NCBI GenBank assembly: GCA_946415045.1
Contig: CAMKRB010000002.1
Span: 1-37,022 of the forward strand
DNA from: an uncultured Myxococcales bacterium
Lineage (GTDB): Bacteria > Myxococcota_A > Bradymonadia > UBA4248
Length of the DNA stretch: 37,022 bases
Direction of reading: 5' to 3'
Both the position numbers and the translations under genes were made by a program. This document shows positions 1 through 8,500 of the stretch, one piece after another (the first letter of the stretch is position 1; the number at the start of each line of letters is the position of its first letter). Under the pieces are notes generated by a model. The model saw only the letters and a list, made by a program, of their open reading frames with translations, searched no databases and was not told where the DNA came from.

Positions 1-10
1 CCTGGACAGC

Positions 11-733
11 ATGGGAAGCCGCGTCAAATCCCTGCCCGATTCGCTGAGTTCATTTGACCCTGTACACCATTCCGACGACGCGAGTGTCCTGCAGGTGCTG
101 AGCGACTGCGAAGCAAGTGCAGGCGTTTCATTCTATCTGTTTTTGCGCGATCCCGATGAACTGCGTGCATGGCAAAATGCTCTGGCACCACTTGATGAAC
201 AGGTGCAGCAATACCTGCTCGACTACATTCCGGTAGTGCGATGGCGCAAAGTCGGCTCGATTACCAGCGAGGATTTGCGCAGTCAGCTCGGACGCCACAT
301 GACCTTCGAGATGCTTCGCCGTCATGTACAGCAGAAGATCCGCATGTGCTATTTCATCCTGCTCGCCAGCGGCAGCACCGGACACGAATGGTTCATCTTT
401 GCATTTACCGAGTGGAGCCGGAAACATTTCGGCGTCGACGTGCGCGATTTGTTCCCGTTCATTCACCGCAGCGGCATCGTCGACAATATCTGCCTCCAGG
501 AAATCCTCGACATGGCCACCGACAGGTTCTTTGGTCCTGCCATGAATGCCCTGTCCATCCACCCCGAAACGCTTGAAAAAGCTTACATCTCCGCGCTTGA
601 ATTCATCGCGGCTACCGATTTTTCACAAGTGCCGCCCGGAAACTATAATCTTGGCGACTTTTTGCTCGATGTGATCCTCGATTTTGAATACCAGGACCCC
701 CTGCTCGCTTACCGAACACACGCAATAATGTAG
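11..733 (+). CDS. hypothetical protein, possibly 5'-truncated by the window edge
   Basis: 240-codon ORF from ATG 11. The frame stays open back to nt 2, so the true start may lie upstream. Only 8 nt separate it from the next same-strand gene. No motif I recognise. Confidence 0.6.
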   Translation: MGSRVKSLPDSLSSFDPVHHSDDASVLQVLSDCEASAGVSFYLFLRDPDELRAWQNALAPLDEQVQQYLLDYIPVVRWRKVGSITSEDLRSQLGRHMTFEMLRRHVQQKIRMCYFILLASGSTGHEWFIFAFTEWSRKHFGVDVRDLFPFIHRSGIVDNICLQEILDMATDRFFGPAMNALSIHPETLEKAYISALEFIAATDFSQVPPGNYNLGDFLLDVILDFEYQDPLLAYRTHAIM

Positions 734-741
734 AGGTTGTG

Positions 742-1191
742 ATGAAATTGCATCAGATTATGCGCACGCTGCTGATAACGCTTGTTGCAGCATTTTTTCT
801 GACCGGTTGCCGGCTCGTGTTCGAACCCAGCGTCGATGCCGTCTCCCGAATGATGGCGAGTATGCCGACCGGCGAAAATCGTGTGGTGCGGGAATTATGT
901 GATGGCGAAGAGGTGTGCAAACAGCTCAACAGACTGGCCGGTCTGATTCGATCCGATTGGTACGGTCGAGTCAAGGATTTCTACGATATCGAACTGGAAG
1001 AAATCGCCGAAGACACCGGATATTCCTATGTCCACCTCAATCTCCGCATTCCCGGTTCGGGACGCGAACCCGAGACCCGGCTGCCGCTCGTCTTCGAGAT
1101 GGAACGCATCAAATTCAGATGGCATATCTACAGCGTTGACGGCATCGACGAATATCTCCGACGAGCCGAACGCGCTCGCGGTATTTTATAG
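742..1191 (+). CDS. small putative lipoprotein
   Basis: ATG at 742 (the ORF track starts at GTG 739). The N-terminus MKLHQIMRTLLITLVAAFFLTGC has a basic n-region, a hydrophobic core and an L-T-G-C lipobox. The stop codon TAG is at 1189-1191. Confidence 0.7.
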   Translation: MKLHQIMRTLLITLVAAFFLTGCRLVFEPSVDAVSRMMASMPTGENRVVRELCDGEEVCKQLNRLAGLIRSDWYGRVKDFYDIELEEIAEDTGYSYVHLNLRIPGSGREPETRLPLVFEMERIKFRWHIYSVDGIDEYLRRAERARGIL

Positions 1192-1202
1192 TGAGAGCCT
1201 GT

Positions 1203-1619
1203 ATGTCCGAACAAAAACCACTCATCCTGATTGCCGACGATGATCCCGATCTCAGGCAGCTCCTGCACCTGCAGCTCGAAACCATGGACTGCAATTTAAT
1301 CGAAGCCAACAACGGCGCCAAAACCCTGGAGCTCATCCTGACCGAAATGCCCGATCTCGTCATCCTCGATGTGATGATGCCGGAACTGACCGGATGGGAA
1401 ATCCTCAAATATGTGCGCAGTAAACCGGATCTGAACAGCATCGGTATTCTGATGCTCACCGGCATCGGGGAAACGCTCAATGAGCTCAGCTCCCCCATGT
1501 ACGGTGCCGACGATTACATCGACAAGCCTTTCAAGTCGCAGGAACTCATCTTTAAAATCCGCCGCGTGCTCTCACGGCGACGGAAACTGATGGCCGCCGA
1601 AGCCAGTAAACAGGACTGA
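1203..1619 (+). CDS. single-domain response regulator (CheY-like receiver)
   Basis: Receiver hallmarks are present: LILIADDD acidic pocket, phospho-acceptor context LVILDVMMP, MLTG, and DDYIDKPF (conserved Lys). There is no output domain. ATG 1203 is preferred over the GTG 1191 used by the ORF track. Confidence 0.9.
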   Translation: MSEQKPLILIADDDPDLRQLLHLQLETMDCNLIEANNGAKTLELILTEMPDLVILDVMMPELTGWEILKYVRSKPDLNSIGILMLTGIGETLNELSSPMYGADDYIDKPFKSQELIFKIRRVLSRRRKLMAAEASKQD

Positions 1620-1624
1620 TACAC

Positions 1625-2311
1625 ATGGATCTAGACCAGCTTGAACAAAAACTGGGATATGTTTTTACCAACAAATCTCTGTTACAGGCTGCGTTCACGC
1701 ATCGTTCATATTCCTTTGAACATCATGGTGAAAACAACCAGCGCATGGAATTTCTGGGCGATGCGATTCTCGATTTCGTGATCGCCGATGTGCTCTACCA
1801 CCGCTATCCGCAGGATCAGGAAGGCGTGTTGTCAAAACGCCGCAGCCGCCTGGTCTGCGAAGGTGCCCTGTGCCAGCTCGCGCAAGCCCTCGATTTTGAG
1901 AACTACATGCGCATGGGAAAAGGCGAGATTTCATCGGCAGGAATGATGCGATCCGGCACACTGGCAGATGCCTACGAAGCCGTGATTGGCGCAATCTATC
2001 TCGACGGCGGCATCCAGCCCGCCACCGACTTCATCCTGCGTCATCACGCGAATTACCTCGCCGATCCCGACGGAAACTGGCTCGCGTCGGATGACAAAAC
2101 CAAACTGCAGGAAATCGTACAGTCCCGCCATCTCTCCCACCGATACGAGGTCGTCGGCAGAACCGGCCCGGAACACGCACCGACCTTTGAAATCGTCGTG
2201 TTCATCAACGACAAACCCATCGGACGGGGCCTGGGATCCTGCAAAAAAGAAGCCCAGCAAAATGCAGCCAAGGACGCGCTCATGCATATCCATGACGATT
2301 CTCAGTTCTGA
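1625..2311 (+). CDS. rnc: ribonuclease III
   Basis: RNase III signature NQRMEFLGDAILD, followed by ADAYEAVIGAIYLDGG. C-terminal dsRBD-like region (DKTKLQEIVQ...GPEHAPTF...GSCKKEAQQNAAKDAL). Length of 228 aa is typical. Confidence 0.95.
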   Translation: MDLDQLEQKLGYVFTNKSLLQAAFTHRSYSFEHHGENNQRMEFLGDAILDFVIADVLYHRYPQDQEGVLSKRRSRLVCEGALCQLAQALDFENYMRMGKGEISSAGMMRSGTLADAYEAVIGAIYLDGGIQPATDFILRHHANYLADPDGNWLASDDKTKLQEIVQSRHLSHRYEVVGRTGPEHAPTFEIVVFINDKPIGRGLGSCKKEAQQNAAKDALMHIHDDSQF

Positions 2312-2368
2312 ATCGTCAGCCCATAATTCATTGATTGAACTTGAGCTTGCTTTAACGTATAAATGATT

Positions 2369-2392
2369 GCATTTTGAGTGTTATCAAAATGC
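2369..2392. other. perfect 9-bp stem / 6-nt loop inverted repeat downstream of rnc
   Basis: gcattttga-gtgtta-tcaaaatgc, 58 nt after the rnc stop. No U-tract follows, so terminator and operator roles are both unproven. Confidence 0.3.
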
Positions 2393-2525
2393 TGTGAACC
2401 ACCCAAAATGACGACCGGACTCAAGCGGCCACAAGGATAACCGGCATCTGATTTTCCTTTCGCCTGCTGTCCATCCCCCAAAAAAGCCGCAATTTGGTTG
2501 TCATCAGGTTTCGCAGCAATTCAAG

Positions 2526-3848
2526 ATGCTCACAGAATTTGGAGTTCGGGAATTGGTGGCAATTTGTCCTAAGTGTCGATGCGAATTACCTGAGATCGGC
2601 GACCGTTGCGCAAACGACGGCTGGTTCGGCGTTGATCCGTCCGAACTGGTCAAAGGAGATTCCAATGTGCTCGGTCGTCCGCTAGGCGGCAGTTTTGTTG
2701 CGCTCAAACGCATCGGACAAGGCGGCATGGGAACCGTTTATGAAGGCCGTCAAATCCAGTTCGATCGCATCGTTGCCATCAAAATTCTCTCCGAAACCCA
2801 CACCAACGACAAGCAAATCATGGCGCGTTTCGAGCGCGAAGCCCGCAGCATTGCCCGCGTCGTCCATCCCAACGTCGTCCAGCTCATCGATTCGGGTATC
2901 GAAGATAGAAACACCGCCTATATCGTCATGGAATATGTCCAGGGCGTCGAGCTCTCAAACATCCCCGAATCCGAGCTCTCCGGCCAGTTTATCATTCATG
3001 TCGCCCAGCAGGTGCTCAATGCACTGTCCGAAGCTCACGCCATGAATGTGATTCACCGCGATCTCAAGCCCGACAACATCATGATCACCCGTCAGGACGG
3101 CGACAACCGTTTCGTAAAAGTGCTCGATTTCGGTCTCGCCGCACTCACCGATCGCGCCAAGATCACGATGTCCGGTCAGGCGCTGGGCACGCCGTGGTAC
3201 ATGTCCCCCGAACAGGCCACCGCATCAAGCGTCACCGCCGCATCCGATATCTATTCGCTCGGATGCGTGCTCTATGAACTCGCCACATCGCGCCCGCCTT
3301 TCCCCGGAAACCGCCCGTTCAACGTGATGCTCCAGCACGTCAATGCCGAAGTTCCGCCACTCGTGCTGCGTCCCGAGGTCGAACTCAGCCCCGAGATGAT
3401 TGCGTTCATCCTCAAATGCCTCCAAAAAAATCCCGCCGATCGCTATACATCCGCAAACGACGCGCTCGACGCTTTGTACCGCATCCCCGAATGGGTCGCC
3501 GCCGGCCAGTCCAATCCCAATCAGTCTCTGCGCCTCAGCATGATGCAGCTCTCCGAAATGAGCCGCGTCCGTTCCGACGTCATTTCCGGCATCACCGCCA
3601 CGCTCGATTCCAGCGACAGCGCGGCCCTCTCACTGCGTTCCACCGAGCTCGCAGCAGTGCGCCCCAAAGTCGAAGCCACATCGTCCGGTTCACAGCCCAT
3701 CGTTTCCGACACGCCCTCCTATCGCCTCACAATGCCCCCTCCTCAACAGGAAACGATCTTCGGCCTCTCGTTCAAAAAAGTTCTCATCATCCTGCTGTGC
3801 GCCACATTTTTCCTCATCGCGTTGCTCATTTTCCTGCTGCTCAAATAG
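2526..3848 (+). CDS. Hanks-type Ser/Thr protein kinase with N-terminal Cys cluster and C-terminal transmembrane anchor
   Basis: G-loop IGQGGMGTVY, VAIKIL lysine, catalytic loop HRDLKPDNIM, DFG (LDFGLA), and GTPWYMSPEQ. The N-terminus has CPKCRC...C. The C-terminal hydrophobic stretch is VLIILLCATFFLIALLIFLLL. Confidence 0.93.
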   Translation: MLTEFGVRELVAICPKCRCELPEIGDRCANDGWFGVDPSELVKGDSNVLGRPLGGSFVALKRIGQGGMGTVYEGRQIQFDRIVAIKILSETHTNDKQIMARFEREARSIARVVHPNVVQLIDSGIEDRNTAYIVMEYVQGVELSNIPESELSGQFIIHVAQQVLNALSEAHAMNVIHRDLKPDNIMITRQDGDNRFVKVLDFGLAALTDRAKITMSGQALGTPWYMSPEQATASSVTAASDIYSLGCVLYELATSRPPFPGNRPFNVMLQHVNAEVPPLVLRPEVELSPEMIAFILKCLQKNPADRYTSANDALDALYRIPEWVAAGQSNPNQSLRLSMMQLSEMSRVRSDVISGITATLDSSDSAALSLRSTELAAVRPKVEATSSGSQPIVSDTPSYRLTMPPPQQETIFGLSFKKVLIILLCATFFLIALLIFLLLK

Positions 3849-3865
3849 TAAACGATGATGATGTT

Positions 3866-3965
3866 GGCCGGCTATCGGCGGCCGCCGATACGCCTTGCCT
3901 GCGCGGGCTTTTGCTCGCGCAATACGCCCGCGCTGCGCGGCTTTTGCTGCGCAAATACGCCGCGC
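3866..3965. repeat. REP-like structured spacer: 18-nt perfect palindrome plus two ~27-nt direct repeats
   Basis: tatcggcggccgccgata at 3873-3890. Direct repeats gcgcgggcttttgctcgcgcaatacgcc (3901-3928) and gcgcggcttttgctgcgcaaatacgcc (3935-3961). Lies directly after the kinase stop. Confidence 0.55.
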
Positions 3966-4005
3966 AAAATCACAACCAAACGCCCCTGCGGGGCTTTATC
4001 GCGCG

Positions 4006-4551
4006 ATGAATTTCTATCTCACGGCTTTCGCAAAATTCTTCAAAATCGGCCTCTTCACCATCGGTGGCGGTTACGCCATGCTGCCGCTCATTCAGGCCGA
4101 AGTCGTCGAAAAACAAAAGTGGATCGAAAAGGAAGAATTCCTCGATCTCGTCGCGATCGCACAAGCTGCCCCCGGCGTCTTCGCCGTCAACATCTCCATC
4201 TTTGTCGGCTATAAACTCAAAGGTGTGCGCGGCAGCCTCGTCACGACCTTTGGCGCAGTTTTGCCGTCGTTTCTCATCATTCTGGCCATCGCCATCTTTT
4301 TCCACACATTCCGGGACAATGTGTATGTCGAACGTGCGTTCAAAGGCATCCGTCCCGCCGTCGTTGCCCTCATTGCCGCACCGACATTTACACTCGCCAA
4401 ATCAGCCAGGATCAACAGATATACGATTTGGATTCCCATCGTTTCAGCCCTGCTGATATGGCTCATCGGCGTTTCGCCCATCCTCATCATTCTGATCGCC
4501 GGCATCGCCGGATTCATCTATGGCCGCATCCAGCGAAGGAAAAAAGCATGA
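4006..4551 (+). CDS. chrA: chromate transporter family protein (short-chain CHR, first half of pair)
   Basis: FAKFFKIGLFTIGGGYAMLPLIQ...WI..EEF.D..AIAQAAPG is typical of the CHR family, and the protein is multi-pass hydrophobic. ATG 4006 is preferred; the Arg/Ala-rich extension from 3895 covers the REP-like spacer. Confidence 0.9.
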   Translation: MNFYLTAFAKFFKIGLFTIGGGYAMLPLIQAEVVEKQKWIEKEEFLDLVAIAQAAPGVFAVNISIFVGYKLKGVRGSLVTTFGAVLPSFLIILAIAIFFHTFRDNVYVERAFKGIRPAVVALIAAPTFTLAKSARINRYTIWIPIVSALLIWLIGVSPILIILIAGIAGFIYGRIQRRKKA

Positions 4552-5129
4552 TTTACCTTTATCTGATGTGGACATTTTTCAAAATCGGGCTGTTCGGATT
4601 CGGCGGCGGCTATGCCATGATCTCGTTGATCCACAACGAAATCGTGGTGAGTCACCAGTGGATCTCATCCACAGAATTCACCGATATCGTTGCCATCAGC
4701 CAGATGACCCCGGGGCCAATCGGCATCAATGCAGCCACCTATGTCGGCTATTCCGCCATCCGGAATGCAGGGTATACCAGTCATTTATACGGCATCCTCG
4801 GTTCCGCGGCTGCAACCTTTGCGCTCGTGCTTCCCTCGTTTATTCTGATGCTCATCATCAGCCGTTTTTTCCTCAAACACAAAAACAATCCGAACGTCGC
4901 ATCGGTGCTCGCCGGTCTGCGCCCCGCCGTGGTTGGATTAATCGCCGCAGCCGCGCTGCTGCTCATGAATCGCGAAAACTTCGGATCCTACGACGGCGAT
5001 TTACGCACGTTTGTCGTCAGCATCCTCATCTTTGCTGCGACCTTTATCGCCACCAAATGCTTCAAAATCAGCCCAATCCTGTTAATCGCTGTGATGGCAC
5101 TGGTCGGCGTCGGCGTGTATTCAATTTAA
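4548..5129 (+). CDS. chrA: chromate transporter family protein (short-chain CHR, second half of pair)
   Basis: A paralogous motif FFKIGLFGFGGGYAMISLIH...W.S..EF.D..AISQMTPGP is present. ATG 4548 overlaps the upstream stop (ATGA), suggesting translational coupling. Confidence 0.9.
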   Translation: MIYLYLMWTFFKIGLFGFGGGYAMISLIHNEIVVSHQWISSTEFTDIVAISQMTPGPIGINAATYVGYSAIRNAGYTSHLYGILGSAAATFALVLPSFILMLIISRFFLKHKNNPNVASVLAGLRPAVVGLIAAAALLLMNRENFGSYDGDLRTFVVSILIFAATFIATKCFKISPILLIAVMALVGVGVYSI

Positions 5130-5237
5130 TGCAACCATTCAGTCCTCGACAATGAACGCCATAGGCGTTCAATATCCATAGCCCCCGGTTGGAGCCGTAG
5201 GCGACTACTGGTGGATAAGGCGTTCTCTCCCCTTTTT

Positions 5238-5278
5238 CCCAATTTTTTGCCAGCCCATTGGGCTGGCAAAAAATTGGG
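5238..5278. repeat. 41-nt perfect palindrome (20-bp stem)
   Basis: cccaattttttgccagccca-t-tgggctggcaaaaaattggg, in the chrA-to-TPR spacer. Confidence 0.8.
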
Positions 5279-5445
5279 AGGAAGAGAAAAGAAAAATGCC
5301 TCCACCCGGCGTTGCCGAGGGCTATGGATATGAAAGCCCTAACGGGCTTTTCATGCACTAAGAGGAAGAGAAAAGAAAAATGCCTCTCCCCCGGCGTTGC
5401 CGGGGGCTATTGATATGAAAGCCCTAACGGGCTTTTCATGCACTA
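5278..5445 (+). repeat. two tandem ~84-bp direct repeat units
   Basis: Unit 1 (5278-5361) and unit 2 (5362-5445) both read gaggaagagaaaagaaaaatgcctc...ggcgttgcc...ggctat.gatatgaaagccctaacgggcttttcatgcacta. They differ at only a handful of positions by eye. Each unit holds small hairpins (cccccggc-gtt-gccggggg; agccc-taac-gggct). Confidence 0.85.
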
Positions 5446-5484
5446 AACAGTTTCAATTTAATCCACATTCCCCACTTTATCCGT

Positions 5485-5513
5485 TTGATATAAATCGCGC
5501 AATCGCGTAGTAT
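5485..5513 (+). promoter_or_regulatory. candidate sigma70-type promoter for the TPR giant gene
   Basis: TTGATA (5485-5490), a 17-nt spacer, then TAGTAT (5508-5513), ending 32 nt upstream of ATG 5546. GGAG sits 5 nt before the ATG. Hexamer match only. Confidence 0.3.
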
Positions 5514-5545
5514 TTTGCGGGCTTTTTCGTGATTCTGGAGCTGAA

Positions 5546-8500
5546 ATGACGGACTTGAACAAATTGGATATTGAAGCGGGCCTGATGGCACCTGCCGGTG
5601 AAGACGAAGAAACAGCCGAGATTTATCGTCGTGAAGCGCGTTCGAGCTACGCGCAGGACAAAATCTCGACCGCAGCTTTGCTGCTGGACGCGGCATATGC
5701 CAACGAACGGGACGAAGCCCCCGAAGAGGATATCGTCCGGGATTTGATGCTGGCGGCAGCTATCGCCCCAAACACACCATGGGTCCTGGAATCGGCCCAC
5801 CGCATGATGCTGCGTCTTGGCAAATGGCGCGAAGCGCTGCAGTTTCTAACCCGCGAGTTCCGCGCAGACGACGCGCCTGACAATGTCCAGGCCATCGCCA
5901 TGACTGCCGCAGATTTGCTGTGGATCATCGCAGACAATCCCCGCGAAGCCATGAACTGGGTACAAAAAGCTCTGGCTGCCGATCCCAACTATGTCGAAGC
6001 ACTTTATGCCGGATTATGGATTTGCCTGCTCCCCGCCGATAAAGGCGGAAATCCGCGTCAGGCCGAATCTTTCGCTCTTGCACTCGCCAAAATCCTCGGT
6101 GCCCCCGAAGAACGCGCCGTGCTGTATGGACTGGCCGGAAGCATACAAATGGCCACAAACCGCGATGCTGAAGCGCTCGAAAGCTATGGGCTGGCTGCGC
6201 AGGCCGATCGCATGAATCCTTATATCCAAATCAGACACGCAATGCTGAACGAAAAGTTCGGAAAGCTGCAGGATGCCGCACAATGCTATGCACAGCTGGC
6301 AACCCTGTTTGAAGACAAATCGCTGTGCGGCGCTTTCTACAGACGCGCCGGTATTCTGCAGGGATATGCCGGACAATCCGAACGCAGCAGCCTCTATCTG
6401 AACGAATCATACAAGTTTTATCAGGACGAACAGGCCAAAAAGAGCGACGATAAATTCGGGATTGTGTGGATGGCCATCGACGCGATGCGACGCTCCGGCA
6501 ATATGCAGCGAGTGGTTGAACTCGAAAGACAACTCGTCGATCTGGCCGAAACAGATGAGACCAGGGCAGCGCATTATATGGCCATTGCCGATGCATGCAT
6601 CGAACATATGGGCGCTGTGGACGATGCGGTTTCGGCGCTCGAATCGGCGAGTACAGCCGGAGCCGGATATATCGCCGACAGCCGGCTTGCCGCTATCTAC
6701 GAAGCTCGCGGAGACTGGAAAAATCTGGCCAGAATTATCGGACACATGTCTACCCGCAGCCAGCTCGAAGCCCCGGCTTGCCAGTGGCTGATGGCCGATG
6801 CACTGAGACAGAGCGGCGCCAAAGATACCGCCATCGATACACTCACACCGCTGTCCAGCGGCCTGGGACGCATGCGCCTGGATCTGCTGCTGGAAGAAAC
6901 ACAAAAACACGATGCGCATGCGCGCATGCTCGACAAGTGGTACAGGGAATCCACAGACGATGCGACCAAAAGCGCCATTTTAAGCCAGATTCTGACCATT
7001 CTCACCGAACGTCTGAACGCGCCGGAAATTGCCATTCAATATCAAAACGAGGTCGCAGCTGCTGCACCTTCGCGCGATCTGGCATGGCGTCAGCTCCATT
7101 TGATGGCACGGATGTCCCAGGATGGCGCACTCGCAGATGCCATGCTCAAAATTGCGGCAGAAACGACCGACAGCAACGAAGCCCGCAATCTGTGTCTCGA
7201 AGCAGCTCTCATCAAAGACCGCGTGTTGCGGGATACCGACGGTGCCATCAGTATTCTCAGCAATATCCACGAGAATTATCCCAACGATATTCCATCGATT
7301 GTATTGCTGCGCATGATCGCCTACCGCGAACACCGGTACGACCTGATCCTGGAAGCCAATAAGTGGCGCGAACTTTTCCAGATGTCGTCTGCACAGCGCG
7401 CCGAAATCGCCTGCGAAAATGCATGGGCTTGTTTGCACCTGGACGACGATAAGGGCGCGGCCGAATGGTTTGAAAAAGCGCGTCGTCATGCCCCCCTCGA
7501 TGCCTACGCATTCAGACTGTATGTCGATTTGCTGCGCAAAATGGGCCGCTGGAAAGAAGCCGTCCGCGTCATTCATGAAGCACTGCCCATCAGCCAGGAC
7601 GATCTGAATGCAGAACTCGAAAAAGGCTGGGATGACGATGATACCGACAATCTGAGCGATGCAGCGGCGCAAGTCGCCGAAGCAATGAATACCCCTGCAC
7701 AGAATCTGAGCGCGGAACAACGCGCCTGGCGCGAGGTCATGCTCGACATCCAGACCCACTGCCTAAAGAGTTCCCCAAGCACGGTCTATGCACGACAACA
7801 GCACTTCGAAGCCGACCCGACGATCGAGAATTTTGTCGATTTCATCGTCGAAAAGTTTACGACAGATCCACACGATTCACATCTGTCGGTGCTCCTCAAT
7901 GCCCGAGGAAAACTGGGATCCATATCTCCCGAAGCCCAGGCACTCATCGACTGGGTTCAGGCCGAAACGCTCAGATCCGGCTATCCCGACGGTGCACCGG
8001 AACGCATTGCCACGAGCATCGACAACCTGCTGCGACGCAGTCTTGCGCTGCCCTATGGCAATTGTCTGCGCGCAGATATTCTGAGATGTCACCGGGAGCT
8101 GCCCAAAGAAGACGTCATTTCGTGGCTCGAAAAATATGCCGCATTTACCCGCGATCGCTGGATGTGCCATGCGCTCAGCCGCGAAGCCATGATGCGCGTG
8201 ATTTGGATCGAACAGGATTATGAGCCCGCAAGTCACCGAAAATCCATGGCAGATATATGCGAAGAAACCGACCGTCGATCACTGTGGATGCTCGAACACT
8301 ACGCATCACTTACCGAAGACTGGCAGGCACTCGGCTATTTCCGCGAGCGTCTGGCACAGCTGGAAGTCGACACGCTCGCCAGGCTGCAGGTGCTCAAGAG
8401 CGCACTCGCACCCTACGTCGATGCCGATTTGACCAATCATGCCGTCCGTGTCGCCCAGGAATGTCTCAAACTCAATGCGCATGCGTATCCGGCGTTGATC

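Noticed and set aside
3895-4005. N-terminal extensions in the ORF track: chrA from 3895, second chrA from 4428, map from 17083, GlsB from 10821, P1 from 23171
   Set aside because: The extensions run through REP-like spacers or the preceding gene. They encode Arg/His-rich junk and precede internal ATGs that give family-typical lengths and N-termini (4006, 4548, 16720, 10791, 23117).
5238-5278. 41-nt palindrome as a canonical bidirectional intrinsic terminator
   Set aside because: The T-run precedes and the A-run follows the G/C stem on both strands, so the runs extend the stem instead of providing a 3' U-tract. It may still pause or terminate transcription, but it does not fit the canonical model.
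5278-5445. Tandem repeats as a possible CRISPR array
   Set aside because: There are only two directly abutting 84-bp units with no spacers. The unit length is far above CRISPR repeat size, and no cas genes are present in the window.
5068-5696. Small minus-strand ORFs (96 and 86 aa) across the repeat island
   Set aside because: They are composed of repeat and palindrome sequence, have no SD, and overlap the TPR gene start region. They are most likely chance ORFs.
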